The translations under genes and the position numbers were made by a program. Below are positions 8,425 to 14,592 of a stretch of DNA of 14,592 nt, in pieces; position 1 is the first letter of the stretch; every line of letters starts with the position of its first letter. Below the pieces are notes generated by a model. That model saw only the letters and a program-made list of their open reading frames with translations. It was not told the origin of the DNA and did not search any database. The DNA is from a bacterium (GTDB lineage Bacteria > Eisenbacteria > RBG-16-71-46). Location of the stretch: NCBI GenBank assembly GCA_043779265.1, contig JAYWEM010000014.1:1-14592 (forward strand), read 5' to 3'.

Positions 8425-9196
8425 TGTCAGGCCGACGCTCGAAGCCGTGTTGTTCGATGCCGGCGGCACGCTGGTGCGAATCGATTACGAGTGGGTGAGT
8501 GAGATGCTGGCCGAACTGGGCGTCGAGGCGAGCGTCGAACAGGTGCGCCGCTCCGAGGTGAGAGGCCGGCGGCTCTACGACGCTGCGGCCACTCGGCCGC
8601 GGCGCCTCGCCGAGGGCGAGGCGCATCCGACGCTCGGCAGCGTGGCGCCGGTCGAAGCGTACTGGTCGGGCATGCTCGAAGCGGCCGGATGCCGCCATCC
8701 GCTGCTCGAGGAGGCGATCGACCGCATGAGCGAGAAGCAGCGTCCGCCTTCGCTGTTGTGGGGACGCCCGCTCGAGGGTTCGCGCGAGGCGATCGCGGGC
8801 GTGCTGGGGCTGGGATTGCGCGCGGCGTGCGTCAGCAACAGCGATGGTCGCGCCGAGCATCACCTCGTCACGTGCGACGTCCGCGACGGGCTCGAGTTCG
8901 TGGTCGATTCGCAGATCGTCGGCATCGAGAAGCCCGATCCCCGGATCTTCGGAATCGCGCTGGAACGCATGGGGATCTCGGCCGAGCGCGCGCTCTACGT
9001 GGGCGACATCCGCAGCGTGGATGAAGCGGGGGCGCTGGCGGCCGGCATGTCAGTGGTCATCCTCGACCCGTTCGGGGACTATGTGCCCGAGGATCGGCGC
9101 AGCATCCGTGACATCTCGCTGCTCCCGGAGTACCTGGAGAGACACTTCGCGACGCCGGGCGGGGCCAACGGGCCCGCGTCGGTTCGATCGTCCTGA
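8417..9196 (+). CDS. HAD-superfamily (class IA) hydrolase/phosphatase
   Basis: AGGAGG (8405-8410) precedes GTG 8417, which overlaps the purN end. HAD motifs: AVLFDAGGTL (I), VSNSD (II), EKPDPRIF (III), YVGDIRSVD (IV). Confidence 0.88.
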   Translation: MVDVRPTLEAVLFDAGGTLVRIDYEWVSEMLAELGVEASVEQVRRSEVRGRRLYDAAATRPRRLAEGEAHPTLGSVAPVEAYWSGMLEAAGCRHPLLEEAIDRMSEKQRPPSLLWGRPLEGSREAIAGVLGLGLRAACVSNSDGRAEHHLVTCDVRDGLEFVVDSQIVGIEKPDPRIFGIALERMGISAERALYVGDIRSVDEAGALAAGMSVVILDPFGDYVPEDRRSIRDISLLPEYLERHFATPGGANGPASVRSS

Positions 9197-9239
9197 CGTA
9201 CCCATACGCGCGGTCCCGAGAGGCCGCGGAGGAGGGGAC

Positions 9240-10172
9240 ATGAACGCGGCTGCTCCCATCGTCATCCCGTCCGAGTGGCTCGAAGCCGCTCATGCCGTGA
9301 TGGAACCCGACGTGCCCGGTGCCACGACGCTCCGGCGCGGCAAGGTCCGCACGGTTTTCGAGGCCGGCCCCGATCACCTGGTCATCGTCGCGAGCGATCG
9401 TCTGAGCGCCTACGACTGCATCCTGCCCACGCCCATCCCGGGCAAGGGCGCCGTGCTCTCGGCGATCTCGGCCTTCTGGATGAAGCGCCTGCGCGCCGCG
9501 CAGCCGAATCATCTGGTCAGCGATGATCCCGCCGAGTTCCCCGAACCATTCCGCTCGCACATCGCCCACCTGAGTGGTCGGGCGCAGTTGGTGCGCCGCG
9601 CCGAGCGAGTCGACATCGAGTGCGTTGTGCGCGGCTATCTGACCGGCAGCGGCTGGCGTGAGTACCAGCACCGTCGCACCGTGTGCGGCATCGCGCTGCC
9701 CGAAGGGCTTCACGATGGCAGTGCGCTCGAATCGCCGCTCTTCACGCCCGCCACCAAGAACGATCACGGTCACGACGAGAACATCCCATTCGAGCGCATG
9801 GTCGAGCAGGTGGGTGAGCCGACCGCGCGTGCACTGCGGGCCCGCAGCCTTGCGATCTACGAGGAGGCGAGGCGGTGGGCCTGGGAGCGCGGCCTCGTGC
9901 TCGCGGACACCAAGTTCGAGTTCGGACGGATCGGCGAGGAGTGGGTGCTGATCGATGAGGCGCTGACACCCGACTCCTCGAGGTACTGGGACCGAAACGC
10001 CTACGAGCAGGGCCGGCTCGAGTCGTTCGACAAGCAGTATGTGCGCGACTGGCTGGACCGGAGCGGTTGGGACCACGAACCGCCCGCGCCGTCCCTGCCC
10101 GCCGACGTCGTGCGGCAGACCCAGGAGCGCTACCTCGAGGCGATCACCCGATTGTCGCAGGCGCCGAGGTGA
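9240..10172 (+). CDS. purC: SAICAR synthetase (long type, 310 aa)
   Basis: GGAGGAGG RBS before ATG 9240. Motifs GKVR, ASDRLSAYD, IPGKG, IECVVRGYLTGSGW, FTPATK, HDENI, ADTKFEFG, IDEALTPDSSRYW, FDKQYVRDWL. Confidence 0.96.
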   Translation: MNAAAPIVIPSEWLEAAHAVMEPDVPGATTLRRGKVRTVFEAGPDHLVIVASDRLSAYDCILPTPIPGKGAVLSAISAFWMKRLRAAQPNHLVSDDPAEFPEPFRSHIAHLSGRAQLVRRAERVDIECVVRGYLTGSGWREYQHRRTVCGIALPEGLHDGSALESPLFTPATKNDHGHDENIPFERMVEQVGEPTARALRARSLAIYEEARRWAWERGLVLADTKFEFGRIGEEWVLIDEALTPDSSRYWDRNAYEQGRLESFDKQYVRDWLDRSGWDHEPPAPSLPADVVRQTQERYLEAITRLSQAPR

Positions 10173-11749
10173 GCGCGCGCATCGAGGACGCCCGCGTGCA
10201 ACCGCGGCCGGTGCCGCAGGGCTGGCCGAGGGCGGCCCTGCTGTCGCTCTCGGACAAACAGGGGGCCGTCTCGTTCGCACGATCGCTCGCCGAGCATGGT
10301 ACGAGGATCCTCGCGAGCGGCGGGACCGCGAAGCATCTGGAGCAGGCCGGGCTCACGGTGGAGCCGCTCGAGCGCTGGACGGGTTTCAGCGAACTGCTGG
10401 GCGGCCGCGTGAAGACGCTGCATCCGCATGTGCACGCACCCATCCTCGCGCGGCGCGATGCCGCTGCCGACATGGCGGAGCTGAGCGAGCGCGACCTCGA
10501 ACCCATCGATCTCGTGGCCGTCTCGCTCTATCCGTTCGAGTCGCGCGGCGTGACCCTCGAGGATGCCGACATGATCGAGGAGATCGACATCGGCGGCGTG
10601 GCGTTGCTGCGTGGTGCGGCCAAGAACCACGAGGGAGTGCTCGTGCTGCACGATCCCTCGCAGTACGAGCTCGTGATCGAGGCGTTGCGCGATGGCGTGA
10701 GCCCCTCGTTCCGACGAGAACTGGCGCTCGCCGCATTCGCGCGCACCGCGCGCTACGACGCGGCCATCGCGAGCGAGCTGGCCCGTCGCATGGGCAGCGC
10801 GGGGGAGCCGCCGCGCTTCCATGCGACGATCCTCGAGCGCTCACGCACGCTGCGCTACGGAGAGAATCCGCATCAGAGCGCCGCGCTCTACACACGAGCC
10901 GGGGAGGCGGCGACGCTCTCGGCGTGGCGCGAGGGCAAAGAGCTGTCGTTCAACAACCTCCTCGACCTGGAGGCGGCCGTCTCGCTGGTCGGACGCTTCG
11001 AGTCTGCCGCGTGCGTGATCGTGAAGCACAACCAGCCCTGTGGCGCCGCCGTCGCCGGATCGATCGCCCAAGCGTATGAAGCCGCACACGCCTCGGACCC
11101 GCTCTCGGCGTTCGGCGGCGTGGTCGCGCTGAATCGGCCGCTGGATGCGGAGACCGCGCGCCTCATCGGCACCCGCTTCGTCGAGTGCGTCGCGTTCCCG
11201 TCGATCACCCCCGAAGCCGACGAGGCGCTGCGTGGCCTTAAGAACCTGCGACTGGTGCCGCTGAGTGCCGCGGATCTGGAGTCGGTGGACGCATGGCGGG
11301 CGCGCCCGGTCGGTCGCTGGGCTCTGTTGCAGCGATCGGGCAAGGGTGAGGCACCCCCGTGGCGCACGGTCAGCAAGCGCGCGCCGAGCGGCGCCGAGAT
11401 GGCGGCGCTGATGTTCGCGTGGGAGGTGTGCGATGCCGCGCGCAGCAATGCCATCACGCTCGCGAGGGGCGAGTCCCTGATCGGGCTCGGCAGCGGTCAG
11501 ACGTCGCGTGTCGATGCGGTGGACGTGGCACTCATGAAGGCACGTCGCTCCGGGCATGAGACGAAGGGTTCCGTCCTGGCGAGTGATGGGTTCTTCCCGT
11601 TCGCCGATGGCGTCACGCATGCGGCCGAGGCGGGCATCACCGCTCTGGTGCAACCGGGGGGCTCGGTGAAGGATGCCGCGGTGATCGCCGAGGCTGACCG
11701 GCTGGGGCTCGCCATGATCCTCACCGACCGCCGGGTGTTCCGGCATTGA
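10169..11749 (+). CDS. purH: Bifunctional AICAR transformylase / IMP cyclohydrolase
   Basis: GTGA overlap with the purC stop. Motifs SDKQG, GGRVKTLHP, IDIGG..AAKNH, LRYGENPHQ, GKELSFNN, KHNQPCG, SAFGG, SNAI, GQTSRVD, ASDGFFPF, QPGGS, terminal FRH. Confidence 0.96.
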   Translation: MSARIEDARVQPRPVPQGWPRAALLSLSDKQGAVSFARSLAEHGTRILASGGTAKHLEQAGLTVEPLERWTGFSELLGGRVKTLHPHVHAPILARRDAAADMAELSERDLEPIDLVAVSLYPFESRGVTLEDADMIEEIDIGGVALLRGAAKNHEGVLVLHDPSQYELVIEALRDGVSPSFRRELALAAFARTARYDAAIASELARRMGSAGEPPRFHATILERSRTLRYGENPHQSAALYTRAGEAATLSAWREGKELSFNNLLDLEAAVSLVGRFESAACVIVKHNQPCGAAVAGSIAQAYEAAHASDPLSAFGGVVALNRPLDAETARLIGTRFVECVAFPSITPEADEALRGLKNLRLVPLSAADLESVDAWRARPVGRWALLQRSGKGEAPPWRTVSKRAPSGAEMAALMFAWEVCDAARSNAITLARGESLIGLGSGQTSRVDAVDVALMKARRSGHETKGSVLASDGFFPFADGVTHAAEAGITALVQPGGSVKDAAVIAEADRLGLAMILTDRRVFRH

Positions 11750-12282
11750 GCGGCCTGCCGACGGGCGGCACGTCGGAGGCGAGAGCCCGCTTCGATGAAC
11801 TCGACCTTCCCAAGCGCCCGGGTCTCTACCGGATCTGGCTCGGCCCCGAAGCCGAGGACACGGTGTTGGGGCTCGAGCCCGGCTCACTCCTCTATGTCGG
11901 CCGCGGCCGGCGCGTCCGCACGCGCGTGCTGGCGCATGCCCGCTCGGACAAGACGAGTGGGTCGACGTTCCGCCGCACGCTCGGTGCGCTGCTTCGCGAG
12001 CCGCTCGCCCTCACCGCGTACCTCGGCGGGGCCGGCGATCCGCATCTCTTCCGCTTCGACCCCGCGGGAGAGGATCGGCTCACCGAGTGGATCGCCACGC
12101 ATCTGAGAGTCTCGGTCGAGGTCTCGGTCGAGGCATTCGAGAGCGAACTTGCAGTGCTCGCACGCGAACGGCCACCGCTCAATCTCAAAGACGTCACCCA
12201 TGCCCACACGGATCGGGTCACCGCCTACAAGAATCGCTGCGTCGACGACGCTCGTGCGAATGGAGTCCTCCTTGCCTCGTGA
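11746..12282 (+). CDS. Stand-alone GIY-YIG family nuclease (178 aa)
   Basis: LPKRPGLYRIW (GIY), LLYVGRG (YIG), VRTRVLAH (conserved Arg/His), FESELAVL (metal-binding Glu region), PPLN (conserved Asn). It exactly fills the purH-guaA gap. The TTG start overlaps the purH TGA; the start position is uncertain. Confidence 0.82.
   Translation: MSGLPTGGTSEARARFDELDLPKRPGLYRIWLGPEAEDTVLGLEPGSLLYVGRGRRVRTRVLAHARSDKTSGSTFRRTLGALLREPLALTAYLGGAGDPHLFRFDPAGEDRLTEWIATHLRVSVEVSVEAFESELAVLARERPPLNLKDVTHAHTDRVTAYKNRCVDDARANGVLLAS
12109..12132 (+). repeat. Perfect 12-bp tandem duplication (GTCTCGGTCGAG x2, VSVE-VSVE) inside the GIY-YIG gene
   Basis: Directly visible at 12109-12120 and 12121-12132. Confidence 0.9.
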
Positions 12283-13810
12283 ACTCGTCCTCATCCTCGA
12301 TTTCGGTTCCCAGTACACGCAGTTGATCGCCCGCAAGGTGCGCGAGCTCGGCGTCTTCTCCGAGATCATCCCCGGCAATGCCACGATCGAGGCGATCCGC
12401 GCCCGCCGACCGAGCGCGCTGATCCTGTCGGGTTCGCCCTCGAGTGGCTATCGCGCCGGCGCACCGCAGCCCGACCCGGCGATCTACGCGATGAAGAAGC
12501 CGCTGCTCGGCATCTGCTACGGCTTCCAGGTCACGCAGCAGCTGATGGGCGGACTCGTCGCCAAGGCGGAGCACGCCGAATACGGTCTGGCGACGTTCCT
12601 GGTCGACAAGCCATCGCCTCTGTTCACTGGTGTGCCCAAGCGATTCCGCGCGTGGATGAGCCACGGCGACGAAGTGCAGGCGCTGGGTCCCGGTTGGATC
12701 AAGGTCGCGCACACGGCGAACTGCGCCTTCGCGGCGGCCAAGCACGAGAGCAAACCGTTTCATTTGATCCAGTTCCACCCCGAGGTCCATCACTCGCCCT
12801 ACGGCAAGCAGGTGCTCTCCAACTTCCTCTTCAAGGTGGCGGGGCTGAAGGGCGGCTGGACCATGAAGCACTTCGTGCGCGACGCCATCCGCGCCATCCG
12901 CGTGCAGGTCGGCGAGGGCCACGTCCTGTGCGGGCTCTCGGGCGGAGTCGATTCCACGGTGGCTGCGACGCTGCTGCACCGTGCCATCGGCAAGCGATTG
13001 TCCTGCGTGCTCGTCGACCACGGGCTGCTCCGCAAGGACGAGGCGCTCGAGATCGATCGCGAGTTGGGGCAGCGCCGTCATCTGAACCTGACGATCGTCG
13101 ATGCGCGCGATCGGTTCCTGGATCGCCTCGCCGGCGTCACCGATCCCGAGGAGAAGCGCAAGCACATCGGCCATGAATTCATCGCCGTCTTCGAGGAGGA
13201 GGCCAAGCGTCTCGGTCCGATCGAGTTCCTCGCCCAGGGCACGCTCTATCCCGACGTGATCGAGAGCGCTTCGGCGGGCTTCGGAGCGCAGGTCATCAAG
13301 TCGCACCACAACGTCGGCGGGCTGCCGGAGAACATGGCGCTGCGATTGGTGGAGCCGCTGCGCTGGCTGTTCAAGGACGAGGTGCGCGAAGTGGGACGTG
13401 AACTGGGCCTGCCCGATCACTTGGTGGATCGACATCCCTTCCCGGGCCCCGGCCTCGCCGTGCGAGTGCTGGGGGCGATCGAGCCGCATGACCTCGAAGT
13501 GCTGCGAGAGGCGGATGCCATCTTCATGGAGGAGCTGCGTCGTGCGAAGTGGTACAGCCGCACCTGGCAGGCGTTCGCGGTGCTGCTGCCGGTGCGCACG
13601 GTCGGCGTCAAGGGCGACGAGCGCAGCTACGAGAAGGTGCTCGCCCTGAGGGCGGTGGACTCGGTCGATGGCATGACCGCCGACTGGAGCAAGCTGCCTT
13701 ACGCGCTGCTCGGACGCGTCGCCAATCGCATCGCCAACGAAGTGCGCGGCGTCAATCGCGTCGTGTTCGACATCACGAGCAAACCGCCCGCGACGATCGA
13801 GTGGGAGTGA
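12272..13810 (+). CDS. guaA: GMP synthase (glutamine-hydrolysing)
   Basis: LILDFGSQYTQLIAR, GICYG, WMSHGD, QFHPEV, SGGVDS, QGTLYPDVIES, IKSHHNVGGLP, FPGPGLAVR, KPPATIEWE. Start is either TTG 12272 (GGAG 6 nt upstream, preferred) or ATG 12260. Confidence 0.97.
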   Translation: MPRELVLILDFGSQYTQLIARKVRELGVFSEIIPGNATIEAIRARRPSALILSGSPSSGYRAGAPQPDPAIYAMKKPLLGICYGFQVTQQLMGGLVAKAEHAEYGLATFLVDKPSPLFTGVPKRFRAWMSHGDEVQALGPGWIKVAHTANCAFAAAKHESKPFHLIQFHPEVHHSPYGKQVLSNFLFKVAGLKGGWTMKHFVRDAIRAIRVQVGEGHVLCGLSGGVDSTVAATLLHRAIGKRLSCVLVDHGLLRKDEALEIDRELGQRRHLNLTIVDARDRFLDRLAGVTDPEEKRKHIGHEFIAVFEEEAKRLGPIEFLAQGTLYPDVIESASAGFGAQVIKSHHNVGGLPENMALRLVEPLRWLFKDEVREVGRELGLPDHLVDRHPFPGPGLAVRVLGAIEPHDLEVLREADAIFMEELRRAKWYSRTWQAFAVLLPVRTVGVKGDERSYEKVLALRAVDSVDGMTADWSKLPYALLGRVANRIANEVRGVNRVVFDITSKPPATIEWE

Positions 13811-14592
13811 TGCGTCCGCTTGCGCGCTTCGTGATCGGCGCGCTCGTCCTTTGCGTCTCGGTCGATGCGCGAGCAGCTTCGCCCACCTCGGCAGCCGGGC
13901 GCGTTCGATGGAGCGCGGCGCTGTCCGAGCCGGCGGCTGCTGCGGCGCACGCGCCTCTCCTCGAGGCGGCGAACGCACGGCGTGAGGCTCGCGAGCGGCT
14001 CTCGCGGGCCGACACGCTCGGAGCGGACTCGGTGCTGGCGAGCCCCGTGCTCGGCCGCTCGGTGTGGGCGTGGGAGAGTGCGTGGCAACGAGCGGACTTC
14101 GCGCTCGAGCGAGGCGACACGACGGGTGCCGATCGTTGGCTCGCATCGCTCGAGGATTCGTTGTGGACGCTGGCGGATCGAGCCGCGTGGTCCGCGCTTC
14201 GCGCCCGCACCCGCGCCTGGCGTGGCGATACCGCGAGCGCGCTTGAACTGGCGCGCCTGACGATCCGGCTCTACCCGGGACTCGCGCCTTCGAACCCCAT
14301 GGTCCGACTGATCGAGTCGATCCAGCGCGCTCGCGGCGACAGCTTGAGCGCCGCCGACGAGCGCTCCGCCATCGACGTCGACGTGTTGCGCGGGGATCGC
14401 CAGTCGGCGGTGCGCCGCATGAAGCGCGAGCGCGGCATCGCGCCGGTTTCCGAGCGCAGCCGGTGGGCGCTTCGCATCGCCGAGCAGAGTCGGCACGTCC
14501 GGCGATTCGAGGAGGCGGCCGCGTGGGCCGATTCGGCGCATCGATCGGCGCTCGATGCCCCATCTCGCGAGCGAGCGCAACTGGAATCGGCG
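13810..14592 (+). CDS. Exported alpha-helical (TPR-like) repeat protein, truncated by the window end; possibly the N-terminus of an Slt70-like transglycosylase
   Basis: ATG overlaps the guaA stop (TGATG). The frame is open for 261 codons to the window end. N-terminus MRPLARFVIGALVLCVSVDARA resembles a signal peptide with an AxA site. Recurring helix-turn motifs RGDTTGA, RGDTASA, RGDSLSA, RGDRQSA. The Slt70 identity is only a guess. Confidence 0.7.
   Translation, partial: MRPLARFVIGALVLCVSVDARAASPTSAAGRVRWSAALSEPAAAAAHAPLLEAANARREARERLSRADTLGADSVLASPVLGRSVWAWESAWQRADFALERGDTTGADRWLASLEDSLWTLADRAAWSALRARTRAWRGDTASALELARLTIRLYPGLAPSNPMVRLIESIQRARGDSLSAADERSAIDVDVLRGDRQSAVRRMKRERGIAPVSERSRWALRIAEQSRHVRRFEEAAAWADSAHRSALDAPSRERAQLESA

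Noticed and set aside
9209..9228. Hairpin CGCGGTC/GGCCGCG just before the purC RBS
   Set aside because: A 7-bp GC stem with no U-tract is expected by chance at this GC content.
10169..11749. PurH motif deviations (VSLYPF, ARSNAI, RVFRH) as a sign of inactivation
   Set aside because: The catalytic KH pair, SN, IDIGG and KTLHP are retained and the ORF is full length, so this is consistent with ordinary divergence.
2226..12259. Longer upstream starts in the ORF track (2226, 8351, 8844, 10067, 12149)
   Set aside because: The downstream starts have RBSs or stop-start overlaps and match family N-termini; most of the extensions overlap neighbouring genes.
11746..12282. Group I intron or intein carrying the GIY-YIG ORF
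   Set aside because: purH ends normally (FRH-stop), guaA starts normally, and there is no non-coding space for an intron core.
12218..14563. 781-aa minus-strand ORF, and other long antisense ORFs such as 3645-5225, 2142-3518, 6157-7410 and 9057-10280
   Set aside because: They are shadows of well-supported plus-strand genes in high-GC DNA, with Arg/Ala/Ser-rich translations and no motifs.
1..14592. CRISPR arrays, tRNA/rRNA genes, IS elements or integrases
   Set aside because: No spaced repeats, RNA-gene signatures or transposase/integrase motifs were seen; the window is almost fully protein-coding.

Overview
High-GC bacterial chromosomal window (roughly 70% GC by eye), mostly housekeeping genes. 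On the minus strand is an MltD-like lytic transglycosylase with an SLT domain and four LysM repeats; it is absent from the ORF track because it has no stop inside the window. After a divergent promoter region, the plus strand carries a large membrane protein (degenerate PP2C-like N-terminus, Pro/Ala/Glu linker, TM helix, three PEGA-like repeats), comEC, and a tightly coupled run purN - HAD hydrolase - purC - purH - stand-alone GIY-YIG nuclease - guaA - secreted helical-repeat protein (truncated). The most notable points are: an apparently intact GIY-YIG nuclease overlapping both purH and guaA; an out-of-frame LamG-like fragment joined to the last LysM at about position 93 (probable chimera); a likely leaderless purN promoter with a palindromic spacer; a structured leader before comEC; and enrichment of D-(S/T)-hydrophobic sequons in the last exported protein. 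All calls come from manual translation and motif recognition. No database searches were run.
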